Shown: positions 46,952 to 61,300 of the stretch, piece by piece
How the letters are laid out: each line of letters begins with the position of its first letter
Position numbering within the stretch: position 1 is the stretch's first letter
Assembly: GCA_010405405.1 (NCBI GenBank)
Contig: MU004233.1
Location: 499,067-563,066, forward strand
Source: Microthyrium microscopicum
Lineage: Eukaryota
DNA length: 64,000 nucleotides
Direction: 5' to 3'
Notes under the pieces: generated by a model
Databases searched by the model: none
The model's input: only the letters and a program-made list of their open reading frames with translations
What the model was told of the DNA's origin: nothing
Made by a program: the position numbers and the translations under genes

Positions 46952-49900
46952 GGAATATTATAATTGGCCTCTATATTCTAGATATTTGGCTCTTAGATTC
47001 TAGATATTTAGTCCCTATAGTATCCAAAGCTAAGATCTTAGGGCACAAAGCCCTAGCTCTAACTTAAACAAGCCTAGCGGCAGCTATATTTAGTTTAGTC
47101 TTAATATAATTACAATAAGGTTAATTACTAGCGTTAAGACCTACGTAATAATTCCTTAAGTCCTAACTTTAAGTCTAACTTTACGTTATTATAATAAATT
47201 CCTCTATACTATAATAATACTATAACATTATAACTATATATAATGCTGCCTCTAATTCTAAACCCTCCTAATAGTTTATAGCTATCCTCTAAAGTAGTAA
47301 TTAAAGCGATTAAAAAATATAGCAATTTATATAGTTACGCTATTAATACTCGTTAATTAAAGCCTAATAGCACTACACTAAATATTTTAGCTAAAAAATA
47401 TACTTATTATCTTAAATGTAACCTATCTCGCGAGCCTAAGAATATATTAACTAGACTTTAAAATAATATAGGATTAAAATAGTAAAATTGCCCTTAGAAG
47501 ATTATTATACGAAAAGACGATATAATAGAATAATAGGCCCTTAAATACTATAAGTTTGAATATAACTATAATTCCTCTTAAGATCCTTCTGTATATATAT
47601 TAAATTATTGCAACGATTTAAAGAAGAATAATAGTATTAATAAACTTCTTAACGCCTCTCGTAATAGTATCTAAACTTAATGCTTAATAGGTACTATTAT
47701 TATAGAGTAACTAACCGTATTTAATACTAAAGATATTACTAATCTCTTTTAAAAAGAACGCTATTTATAACTAAAAGGGCGCACCCTAATTAAAGCTATA
47801 ATAGACACTCTAAAAGAAGATAAAGATTAGATTTATAAAGCACTTTTAAACAAAAATAGTATATTAAAAACTTTATTCTTTATAATATTAGAGCAAATTA
47901 AGATATTTTAATTATATCTAAATATCTTGCTAATAGACTTAACATACTATATAAACTAATATAATATACTACTATTTTACCTTACTAGCGCTATACTAAC
48001 GAACTAATACTTCTCTATAGGATTTACCTTCTTATCTAGTAAGAATATTCTAGATTATATATAGGCTTTTCACGTATTTAATGCGCGTATTTAATATAAT
48101 AAGTTAAAGCCTCTAAATATTATTCTTACTAATAAATATAATAGTTTAAAAGCAGCTATTAAGGTCGAATTCCCTAGTATTTAATAGATAATATATATAT
48201 TTTACGTTAATTAAGTAGTTAAAGCCTACTTCAAGTTAACATTTAGTACTATTAGTAAGCCATTAGGTTCAATTGCTTTTAATATATTAATTTTAAAGTA
48301 AAATACTACTATATTAATATAGTAAGATGTTATAAACGCGTACTCTTTAGAGACACATAATACTACCTAGTTAAGCTTCGTTAGTACGTTTAATAGTAAA
48401 TAGGACCTATTATCCTACCTTTGCGATTATTAGTTAACTATTTAAGACGACTTCTATAAAGCGTTCCTAAAGAATACTCTCTATTTTAGTATTCTTACTA
48501 CTTTACTACTAGAGGGCCTCTATAGCGTAATTAAACTCTAGTTATAAAGCGTACGCTTAAACCTTAATATAGTAGTTAATATATATAAGAAATAGATATA
48601 TTTAGCTATTAATAATATTTAAAAAGCTATAGCTAAAGATATGCTTTAAATTCTATCTTAACTCTAACCTTTAGTTATTCTAATCCTTTCTCTATATATT
48701 TACGCCGCTATATTGAATTACGCCCTTAAAATAATTGCTAACTAATAGCTTTTAGCTAAAAATCTTATATACTTAAACCCTTGTAGCGACATCTTTATCT
48801 TAGTATTTAGTCTACCTTGTTGCTATTATATTTAAGATCGTCGTATATAGAATTTAGAGTAGACTCTAAATAGAACTAACGTTAATTTATATTAGTACTA
48901 TAAACGACCTTAAGATACTAAAGAACCTATTCCTATAGCAGGATTCCTACTAGAGCCTAAGCTTTCTTAAATTCTATAAGTTCTAGTACTAAATAATATA
49001 CATAGTAGCAATTACTCTTAATCTAATAAAACAGCTACCTCTACTCGTTAAGATTCCTCGTTTTAAGAGATTCCTACTACTTTAATGGCTTTAGTACCTT
49101 TAATGGCGCTAACACCTTTAATAGTATCTTTAATAGCACCTCTAAAATGTAAATAAGGACGCCCTTGTAAGAATGTGACTCTAGCGGCGTTAAATGGTAG
49201 TAATTTAGCTATAATAACTTCATTAGTGCTCGTAGTAATTAAGGAGGACTTTAATAAGGATTTTAAGGACATTAACGCAATTCTTAAAGCTCTACTAGAT
49301 CCTGTTTAGACTGTTAACTTAGCTGAAGATACTAATTAGGCTAAAAATAGTAATTAGACTAAAGCTAAAGCTCTATAGCGTAAGAAACGCGTTATTAAAC
49401 TATTAGCGCGCGTCCGCAAGAATATTATGGCTAATAAAGATCTTAAGATAGTAAAATTACGCTACTAAATTATAACTCTTTAAGCCGCTTTAGCTTGACT
49501 AATACTATAACGCGGAGGATATAAAAGACGCGGATCTCGTAGAGGACAAGAAGGACGAGCTCGTAGCAAGTAATTATAATATTGCTATACTAAAAATAGG
49601 ATTAAGATTAAATATAGAATACTTAATTTATTACTATACTAAAAACGAGGTTAAGATACATTATAGAATAATTATTTTATGCTTTAAAAACGATAAAGAG
49701 ATATTATATAGTTAGAATTCTATAGATCTTATAGTTTTATACCTAAAATTGTAGAATTCTTAGGATTATAGCTTTAAAGTTACTAGCGTAGTTTTAGTGT
49801 TTTAGCTTTTAAAATATTAGATCTTTAGACACTAAAATTATACTTTAGTACTATTGCAATACTATAGATTATATTACGGACTTCCTATTTAGGAATAGCT

Positions 49901-49992
49901 TTAAAATATCTTAGCTTTAGATACTATAGGAGCCAAATATCTAGAATCTAAGGGCTAAATATCTAGAATATAGGAGCTAATTATAACATCCC
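46952..49992 (+). mobile_element. Mutator-like (MULE) DNA transposon, RIP-inactivated, ~3.04 kb
   Basis: About 90-bp TIRs (GGAATATTATAATTGGCCTCTATATTCTAGATATTTGG... versus the reverse complement of the end, GGGATGTTATAATTAGCTCCTATATTCTAGATATTTAG...). Exact 9-bp TSD TTTAATTAA at 46943-46951 and 49993-50001. Relic transposase motifs YFSILTTLLLEGLYSVIK (HFG..TTS..EG.H, ~48482) and CSDIF...FSLPCCY (SWIM-like, ~48782). Confidence 0.9.
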
Positions 49993-51460
49993 TTTAATTA
50001 AGTAGCTAGCCTATCTCTACGCTACTAAATTTCCTTTTAATATTTAGTATTCTATCTAGGATGAATTATATATATATATTCTTAATTTAGTTAACTAGAC
50101 TAATACTATTATATTAAAGGAAAAGCTATTATTTATTCTTTAAAAACTAGAAACTATTATTAAGTAGTTATATAAGGATATCTATAAGGCTAACTAATTA
50201 GTACGCCTTACGGCTAAGGAAGTAAAACTCTTAAAGAAAATATAAGTTATAGCATTATAGTTAGAGTCTTAGTTATAACTATTTATATTATCTTAAACTA
50301 GTAATCTTTAGCACTAGGTTCTTAAGAAACTAATAGATAATAAGTTAATATAAGAAAGGGCTTATAAGGTATAAAAAGAAGATAAAAAAGTTTATTTATT
50401 TATAAGTTAGCCTATTAGATATATATCTACTCTTATTAGTTTATTTAGAAGTTTTATATTAATAAATATTCTAATCTTACTATCTACTAAGTATTAGTAG
50501 AATATTATAGATTTAGATAATAGTAATATCCTAGATAAATATAGAAGATTTATAGATACTAATTCTAAAGATAATACTAATTCTAAAAATAATAAAGGAG
50601 ATATAGATAGTAATTTATTTAATTAGCTAATATCTATATTAGATAAAGATAGTATTACTTTACTTACTACTTCTTATACTTATTACTTAACTTATACTTA
50701 ATAAAAGAGTTATTTACTAAGCTAAGACTTATTAAGCTAGTTAATACTATATTGTTACTAAATTAGGGCTAGTATAAGATAGTTCTTACTTATAACCCTA
50801 GAGAAGAATAGTTTAACTACTACTATTAGAAGGACTATAAAAAAGAGTATAAAGAAGTATTCTCCTTAACTAATAAGAAAAGGATTAAAGATAAGTAAGA
50901 AGATATTATATCTAATATTAGAGTAGGCTAGACTTAGTATATAATTCTAAATATTTAGTTTTTTAACTATTTTATTATCCTAGGTATTATAATAAACTCT
51001 ATAAGATTATATAGGATTCTAAGAAGTAGGTAAGTATAGTTATATAAGTACTATATTTTATATTTTTAATCTAAAGGTTTATAGATATTAGTATTTAGGG
51101 TTCTTATTTATTATAGGCGTTATATTCTTTTATATATATTTATAGTATATTATATTTATTAGTTTATTATACCTACTTTACTTATTTATTATTATTATAG
51201 TATCTTTAATAAATAGATATTTAAGTATTAAGCCTTATTACGTAGCTTATATATTATAATATACGTTATAGAAGAAGCTCTTTATAAGTATAATAATAAG
51301 GATAAATTTACTAGTCTATATAAGATTAGTAAGTATATTAAAGTATTCCTAAGACGTAATAGGATATTACTATAAGTATTAGTAAAACTTAGATAGTATC
51401 CTAACTTAGATTTATTTAAATATAGTATATATATATCTAAGTAGGAAAGTTATTTTAGTA

Positions 51461-51668
51461 CTTAGCTTCTCTACGTTACTTAGTATTATAATAGCGCTTA
51501 GTTTCTCTATATTACTTAGTATTATTATAGCGCTTAGCTTTTTTATATTATTTAGTATTACTATAGTACTTAGCTTCTCTACGTTACTTAGTATTACTAT
51601 ATTACTTAGCTTCTTTATATTACTTAGTATTATTATAGTACTTAGCTTCTCTATATTACTTAGTATTA
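51461..51668. repeat. 36-bp tandem repeat, about 6 copies
   Basis: Units like CTTAGCTTCTCTACGTTACTTAGTATTATAATAGCG start at 51461, 51497, 51533, 51569, 51605 and 51641. Confidence 0.85.
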
Positions 51669-54600
51669 CCTACTTATTAGTTTTGTTAAGTAATAGAAAC
51701 TAGATACTATAATAAGAACTAGATATTAGAAAATCTAACGATAAGTAGACTCTATTTAGCTAAGGCTTATACTTTAATCTCTTATACGTAAAGCTAATAT
51801 AGCTAATTATTAGTAGCTTAAGTACTTTACTTTTTAACGTTATATATAGAGACGTAGAGTTAAGTAGGTTTACTAGAAATTTATATTAAGGAATATTTAG
51901 TATCTTACTATTTAACTATTTAGAAAGCATAGTTTATATACTAGCCTTTAAGAGACTATTAATTATTCTTAGTTATAAAAATAGTAATTAAGCTATATTA
52001 GGAGATATAACTATAGTTAAAGTACTATTTAAAGAGTAATATAATTTAGAGTATAGAGTTAGTATTACTAATAGTATTAAATCTATACTAAACTTTAGTA
52101 GATTAACTTATAGGTACGCTAATATTAATATATATTAGAAAGTACTAGTAGTAAGTATTTTTATTATTTATTTTATTCTTTAGTAGTACGCCTTACTCTT
52201 TAATAAAGACTTTCTTACGAATTATTATAATATTAATAAACTCTTATAAGACTCTATACTATTAATTTAGTAAGATAAAGTAATTATAGTTCTATAAAGC
52301 TAATTTATACTTTAGCGTTAGCTTAAAGTAAGTAGTAAACTTAGTTACCCTAATACTTATTAGGGAATATTAGAAAGAATATAATATAAATAGCTAAATA
52401 GCCTATCGCCCTCTATTATTAGTATCTTATTATATTATAGTAGTTCTTTATTAAGAACCTTTCCTATATATATTTTCTTAATATTATTACTACTTTGCTA
52501 AATCTTTATTATAAAGATAAAGAGAAGTTTTATTAGACTCTCTTTAAAAGCGATATATCTATTTAGATTAAAACTATTAAGTTATATAGAAACGCTATAT
52601 ATTATTAATATAAAGAGTTAGTTTTTAAGCTAGTAGTTATTTAAAGTTATAAGGATTATAATTTTAGTATAGTATTTAGTCTAAGAGATAATATTATATA
52701 ATTCTATATTAGTATTTTATAATATATTAATAAATAAAATACTATATAATATATCTATTTTACTAGTCTAAGTAGAGGCTAGGTTAGATAGGAATAATAT
52801 AGTAAGTATAAGTATTTCCCTTTAAGTAATTAATACGCTAGTAGAATATACTTAATAGATCTTTCTATTATATATAATATATCTTTTACTTATTACTATT
52901 TTAGTTATACTTTATAACTAAATAGTATATATATAATAAGTACAAACTATATAGTAACTCTTACTATATATTTAACTATTTATAACTCTTTATAATTAAT
53001 TAAGACTATTAATATTATAATTATATTATCTTAATCTAGTAATAGTAAGAACTTTATAAAGTACTACTTACTATATCTACTACTTAAATAGTATATTCTT
53101 TACTATACTAGATATATTCTCTTCTTTTTTTTATCTTTATATACCTTTAGGTTTTCTCTTAAGCGGTTCTCTTTATACTTAACTAGACTACTTTTAAGAA
53201 GGTTAGGCCTTAGGTCTTTATTATACTTTTTTAATATAACTTTTAGGCCTTTAATACTTCTTATATATTAACTAATTCTATTCTGTTTTTTTTATTAGAT
53301 AAGGGCCTTATAGGAACATAATAAGCTAATTAGGTATTACTAAATTAAGTAATTATAACTATTTAATAGCTAATACTCTTAGTTAGACTAAGTATTTAAA
53401 ACGGTAAGACTATAGTATTATAGTCTTTTTAAAGCCTTTATGCTTTTTAGCTTTTAAATTTTAACTTCTTAACTTTATAACTTTATATATTTATATTTTT
53501 TACTACCCTTAAAAGAAAGATATACTCTTAATACTATTCTATGCCTAATATATATATTATCTACGCTTATTAGCTATTTAATAGTCTTTTATTATCTTAG
53601 CTTATTATAGTAATAAAGTTAATTCTTTATAGTATACTATACTAAAAAGGTAAATATACTTATCTAGAAGGCAAGATTTCTAATTATATTATAAAGCGTC
53701 GCAACTTTAATAATTTATAAGTTCTAGTATATTACTTATAAATATTAGTAATAATAATTATAGTTAGTAAGTTAAGTTTAATATTTACTAAGCTATTTAC
53801 TAAGCTTATTTAGCTACGCTTATTAAGTAAGAAAAGAGTCTCCTTTTTATTCTAAATTCTTATATATTTAGCTTACCTAAGCTATCTCTTTTCTTAGGTT
53901 CACTCTTTAATTTTAGTAATAATAAGCTAATAGATAATAATAGCAACAACGATAATAAAGATAAAGAAAACGACGAGACTCTTATTAATCCTAACCCTCT
54001 TCCTTTTTCTACCCCTCTCCTTACTAAGGCTAAGTACAACGTACTTATATAAAAATTTAACTCTAGCTTAATAACTAGAATTAACCTTAGCTAGCTAGGT
54101 CCTATAGAGATAAAGCTAATTCTAAATATAAAGTGCCCTACTATGCTTAATAAATAGTAGTCTTAGACTATTAAGAAGTAAGACGTCTTAACGTCTAAAA
54201 AAAAATAATTACGTAGTAATATTAGCTATATAATAAAAACGACTTTTAGTAAATACGTATTAAATACTATTATATATTTAGCGTATATTAAGCGTAGATA
54301 GAAATATTAATAGTTTATAAAGAAAGTAAAGACTATATAAAGAAATCCTAAAAGTTATTATATTTATTATATTATATATCTAAAGGACTATATCTTTAGA
54401 AATAATTATTATAAATCTAAGAGTAAAGTTATAAAGTATAAGAATTTAAGTAAATTATCTAGTCTATAGACTAGTTAGAAGATAAAGATTTAAAGAGTAA
54501 TAGTTTAGAGTAGGTAGTTAGTATAGAATAGTATATTAATATATACTTCTTATAATAATAGTAACTATCTAAGCGTTTAGTATTTTACGCTTCCTTTATA

Positions 54601-57600
54601 ATTATATTATTTAATTAGGTTCTATAAGAAATAAGTAAAAGTTGCTCTAAAAGCTATAAGTATCCTATAAGATATATATTATAAGAATTATAAGTATATC
54701 TAGTATTTTTTAATATTTTTATAATTATATTATTTAATTAGGTTCTATAAAAAGTAAGTAGAAGTTACTCTAAAAGCTATAGATATCTTATAAAGCGTAC
54801 GTTATAAGTATTATAGATATATAATAATATATTATAGTTATTTAAATTAATTATATAGAGTATATTAATTATATTATTCTTATTATCTTATTATCTATTA
54901 TATATGCTATAATATAAATATTAATATTAGTAAATAGTTAGTTATAAATAAGTAAAGTTAGAAAATATATAATATCTATATAGCTACTATATATATTATA
55001 CTATCTTCTACTTTATTCTCCTAATCTAATAGTTATTCTAGTATACTAAGCTACTATATTATATTATCTTTAGTTTATCTATTTCTCTTACTACTAAAAC
55101 TTACATTCTTATTAACTATAGCTCTACTAATACTAGAACGCTATCTACTTTATTCTTTAAAAGTATTTAGAAAATAGTAATGAATAGCTTATATCCTTTT
55201 TTAGCTTTAGTACTAGCTTTTAATAGGCTATATTAAATAGAAACTACCTTTACTATCGTACTTACTAATATATATATATATTAGCCTTTACTATATATAT
55301 TTAGGTTATACTATTAAACTAAAGAATAGAAACGCTAGATTAAGAGATAGTTATTAGTTTAATTAATAGAGAAACTAAGAAGGTAACTTAATAGTAAAAG
55401 CGTAAGAGTATAATAAGTATTATTACTCTTAATATAGTAGTAGGTAATAGCTAAATTAGCGTAAGTATATATAGTATATAGTTTAACGCTAGAGAATAAT
55501 CTATTATATTGTATTTATATAGTAATATTTTAGCTACATATAGCTAGTAATAATTAGTTCTACTATTTAGTAATAATAGTAGGTATAAATATCTAGGCTA
55601 AAAGAATGTATATTATTACTAATAAACAAGACAGCCTAGAATAATATAAGGCTAAGAGATAGGTAGAATAAGATAAGTTTATATCTTATAAGTACTTATA
55701 ATAAGTAGTAAAATATAAATATTATAATCCCTTAAATACTTTATAAAGACTTAATTAGAGTATATACTCTTACCGCTAGACTATAGTATATAAATTTATA
55801 ATTAAACTAGACTATTATAATTCTTAAGGAGTAGAAGGGCTAGACTATATAGTTCTTAAGAAGTAGAAGGTTAGACTATATAGTTCTTAAGAAGTAGAAG
55901 AGTCTTTAGTAAAAAATACTAATATTAACTTAAGTTATTAGGTTTCTATTAGTAACGTTAACTTTAAAGTCTATAACTAAATAATTTTTAAAAGAATAAT
56001 AAATATTTACTACGCATAGTTAGTAAAGATTAGTTATACTATAAATACTTTATAGTATAATTATTAGGTTCTAAACGTAATAAAGTCTATAAATATATAG
56101 TACTATAGAGTTCTTATAGATATTAACGTATATTAATTAAATATTATTATAGCGTTTAATATTTAAACGTTATAGTGTCTTTAGATAGCTTTATTAAATA
56201 ACTTTTAAGCTATATAGAATCTAAGTAGCTACTTATACTAGAGACTTATAAGTTTAAGGCCTTCTACTTAACTAAGATTATAAAAGTAAAGTTCTCTTAT
56301 TTATTAACTAGAGTTACGCCTTTTCTAATAAGGTTCTAGGGTTAGGATAAAGTAATTATATAATTAGCAAAATATATTAATTAATAGATTTAACACTACG
56401 TTAGTAAGTAGATATCTACTTAGGATAAGGCTAAAATTATTTTAGCTTACGCTTATTACTCTTAAGTCTTATCTACTAGTATTATATTTATCTATATAGG
56501 CTATTTCTAATAGGCTATAAGAATAACGTACCTTCTTATAAAACATCCTACTAATAAATAGTTTTATCTTTAAAGTATAAAAGGAAATATTTATTATTAG
56601 AATAAAATACTAGTACGTAAATCTAGTTATTATAGCTAATAAGTATTTTAATTAGTATTCTTCTACTATCCTAAAGCTTAATAAGCTTATTATAACTAAT
56701 AGTAGGAATTTAGGTAGGCTAACTATATAAAGTTATAGGAATTAGGCTTAAAGTAATAAATAGTAGTAGATATTAGTAGTTAGTAAAGTTTAGAATATAG
56801 AAAGTTAAGTAACTTAAAGATTTTGCTATAGAATATTAGAGATTATAGTTAGATTATAATAATATAAGTATATCTACTCTACCCTACCTTATCTATATAT
56901 ATCCTACCTTATCTAGATATAGCTAAATACTTTGTAATAATCTTTTTAGAGTTAGCTTATATTAAACGTTATCTACTAAGATTATAAATACTTAAAGTTT
57001 AATTATTAGCTCTTTATAAATTTTATTTAAAAAATTATTAGCCTATAATAAGTAGGTATAGAACGTAGCCTAAAGATACTATATATTTTAAGTAAGGCCT
57101 TTCTACTTATATTAGGATAGCTATATATTATCTATTAATAAAATAAAGAGTTATAAGTAACCTAGTAAGCTATTACTAGTTTATATACTTAATTATATAC
57201 TAAGTAGCTATCTATTAGATAAGGTTACTCTATAAGTAGTACTTAGGTTATATTAATAATAATATAAGTTTATAATATTAAGGAAAAGGTTAGATCTAAA
57301 TAGNNNNNNNNNNNNNNNNNNNNNNNNNNNNNNNNNNNNNNNNNNNNNNNNNNNNNNNNNNNNNNNNNNNNNNNNNNNNNNNNNNNNNNNNNNNNNNNNN
57401 NNNNNNNNNNNNNNNNNNNNNNNNNNNNNNNNNNNNNNNNNNNNNNNNNNNNNNNNNNNNNNNNNNNNNNNNNNNNNNNNNNNNNNNNNNNNNNNNNNNN
57501 NNNNNNNNNNNNNNNNNNNNNNNNNNNNNNNNNNNNNNNNNNNNNNNNNNNNNNNNNNNNNNNNNNNNNNNNNNNNNNNNNNNNNNNNNNNNNNNNNNNN

Positions 57601-58399
57601 NNNNNNNNNNNNNNNNNNNNNNNNNNNNNNNNNNNNNNNNNNNNNNNNNNNNNNNNNNNNNNNCTATTCTATAGCTAATTATTATTTAAAGTTTACTTAT
57701 ACTAGTTTATATACTACTACTATTTAGGATTATATTCTATTTATATATTTCTTAAATAATACAATTTTATATAATATATATATACTTTAGTATAGAGATT
57801 TAGTTTAACTTATATATCTTAATTACTAACTTATACTATAATATATAACTATTACTTACCTTATTGCTACTCTACTTATTTATCTAATAGCTTATTTTAA
57901 ATATAACGCTATTTAACTATTATTCTAAGTAGTTAAATATATAATATAAAACTATACTAGAATATATTAATTAAAGCCTAACCTTCTATTACTCTATTTA
58001 TTTACTATATTAACTTAAAGTAATACTTATAATACTACCTTAAGTAAGAAAGATTAATACTATATATGCTAAGCTATACTAATAGCGTAAAAGAATAATA
58101 TAAGGAAGTTAAGTTAATATTAACGTTAATATAGACTCTTATATTTAAGACGCTAGTTCTATTAACTAAGTCTATAAGATCTTACTTACTATTATAAGCT
58201 TAGAAGAAAGTACCTATCTATTATGTCTACTTCTAATATTATAATAAAAGGTTAAAGACTTACTTCTAATTTTAATTATATTATAACGACCCTTTTATAA
58301 TAAATAGCTAGTAGTTATACTTATATATCTTCCTATCTAAAGCTAAATAAGGCATATAGTAGTAAGTACTTAATACTAACTACTTTATTTTATACTTCT

Positions 58400-61300
58400 T
58401 TATAGGTTAGAGGTAGGAATAAGTCTATTAAATTAATAGGAAGGAGAAGAAGAAAAGGAGGTTATACCCTAGGTATTATAAGAGACTAGATTAATATCTA
58501 GTTCTATAATATAAGCTTTAAGAATGATCGTAACTACTAAACGTAATAGACACGTTAAGCTAATCTAGTAGTTACCTAATACTAATATAATTAACTTGTA
58601 AGAAGCTAATAGGCGCAATAGGTAAGCAGAAAGTAGCTAGTATTATAGGATCTAAGTACGAAGAGAAGAAATCTAGAGATATAGCTATAAATATAAAGAA
58701 GTAGAAGCCTAAGATATCCTTAGGCATACTAACCCTAAATAGGATAAAGAGATCTTATCTATAGAATTAGATCTTAGTATCTAAATACTATAATACTAAA
58801 CCTATAAGGATTCCTTATATAACTCTCCTCCTCTAAAATAGACCTTATAGGCTATATCTTAATCTAATTTATTCTAGTCTAGTTTAGGCTAATCTAGGCT
58901 AGGCTAGGCTAGTCTATATAAATACAAAACTCCTTTATATATATTACTACTAAGGAATATAGTAATATACTATCTACTTACCTTAGTACTATCTAAATCT
59001 CTTTAATAAAGAAGAGAATATCTATTTAAGCTAATTTATAGTATTCTATAATCCCTTTAGTAGTATAAATAAAAAAAACTAAACTAGAAGTATAATACTA
59101 TTAATAAAAATAAATAAATATAACGCTTTTTATATTATATAATCCTAATCTATAAATAGTCTATTAGTATTATAATCTTCTTCTTTAACTTTATTTACTA
59201 ATAAAGACTAAAAAGAGTATAGACTAGGCTTCTAAGAATAAAGCCTATAGAATTCTAATATAGTATTAAGTATATTAATAGTATCTTTCTAGGGCTACTA
59301 AGTTTTATTATAAAATCCTATCTATTTAATCTTATATTTAAGCACCTTATTCTTATCTCTACTATCCTATTTACTATTAATAATAGTATTAATAAGCTAT
59401 TTTTCTTTACCTTCTTTTTTACTAATAACTACTAAGAGTAGGTTTAATTCCTATAATAGGTATATATTATTATTAATTAGATATAGTAGCTAAGCGTAGA
59501 ATACTAGGTATATCTTTATTAATTTAGAAAGATCTAATTTATAAATTACTCTATTAATCTTATATAATACCTTAAAGAGACTAGCGCTTTTATTATTAAG
59601 TATTTTTAAAGAATAAGTTATATTATAATTTTAAACGTTAAGTTATACCTAGTCTCTAGAATAGAGATCTAGTACTAAACGTTAATACTTATTAATATAG
59701 AGCTTTTATTAAGTTTAAGCTTATACTAATTACTCCTTTAAGAACTTATAAAGCTTCTCTTAACTATCTTATACTTAATTAGTAGTAATAACTTTTTTAT
59801 ACACTATAATAAAAGCGTATAACGCTTTAAGTAGTAAATAGTAAGCAAACTTAAGTCCTAATTTTAGTAGAAAACTATTTTATACCTTAAAAGATACAAA
59901 ACTAGTAGTAGTACTTATAGTAAAATTTACTACAAATTTAGTAAATAGTAATAGGGCTACTTAATTATCCTAATCCTAATTAATAAAAGATCTAAGATAC
60001 TATTTTAAGGTAGTAATAGTTATTTTAGTAATACTATTAGACTCTAGATACTATATAGTACTTAATCTTAATATAACGCCTATATATTTATATAAGTAAC
60101 CCTAGAAGGTAGATATAAATTAAGTTCCTTAATCTAAAAGAATAGAGTCTAGCTAACTATATAGCTTCTATACTTAATTAATAAATACTATAACTATTAT
60201 TTCTACTAAAAGACTTAAGAATATAATAAACTATTATAATTACGTTAAATAATTAATAATAACTATAATATACTAGTAAACTATACTCTAGTAAATATAG
60301 CGTAGTAGTAAAATAATAAAGTCTATAAAGATATTAGACTAAGCCTAATCTAGTAGAGAAAATAAGTAAAGAAGTCTTTACTTCTTTTAGTATACTAGTT
60401 TTAAAAAGATATAGTAATAATCTTTAATATATTTCTTAATATATTCTAATATTCTTAGCTACTAATAATCTTATTAAAAGTAGTAGTAGGTTATTATAGT
60501 TCTTTTATAACTTATAACTTTATATTAATATACTTATTTTATTACTTTATTCTATAAATATATTATTAGTATAAATAGCTTCTATTAATAAAGGATAGTA
60601 CTATTTAGTAGGGCTTTATAATCTATTAACTTAATTTAATCTTAATCTAGTATACTAAAGAGCAAGAAGTAGTCTTTCTATACCTTTGCTAGTTAAATTA
60701 TAATTAGTAACTTATTTTTCTTATTTACCTTTATTACTTTCTATATAAACTACTTTAGGTTAAAATCTAAGGATTTAGTATTAACTAGTAGCAAATTATC
60801 TAAACTAGCTAGAGCTCTATTCTAAGAGCTTTCTATAATAGGTTCTAAATTAGACTTCCCTACTATAGTAATATCTAACTTATTTAATATAAGTATAGTT
60901 ATCTATATAAAGAATAAAGTAATTAAGTTAATAAGGATTATAGCTAGCTTAATAGCTTATTTAGTATTAAATTAATATAGAAATAGGAGTAGTTAATACT
61001 ATTACTTAACTTATAAGTCTTTATTACTTTAGAGTATATTCTATAATCTTTAGGTTAAAGCGTTAGCTTTACTATTATCTTTATTAGAGCGATATTTAAT
61101 TAAAAAGTAGAATTATAATAGGAATTTAGCCTAGCGTATTTAATAGCATATAAGCTTCTTAGTTTTTATAAAGGTTTAAAAATTCTAATAATCTAAGAAT
61201 ACTTTTATAATATCTTTAGTACTAAATAACTTAGGTTTCTACTTTTTAAAAGTATAGATAATAGTAAGTAGTTCTTTATTATAGATATTATAATTATATT

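Noticed and set aside
49063..49272. 69-aa minus-strand ORF in the AT-rich block
   Set aside because: Antisense chance ORF inside the RIPed MULE transposase region.
51461..51668. 36-bp repeats resembling a CRISPR array
   Set aside because: Units are contiguous with no unique spacers, the context is eukaryotic, and no cas genes are present.
55900..58300. Possible Ty1/Copia relic on the minus strand (ITLYFINR...RPYLKYIVSLGY near 57060-57160)
   Set aside because: Only one weak motif resemblance, no RT motif or LTR confirmed, and a 360-N gap interrupts the region; needs a deRIP HMM search.
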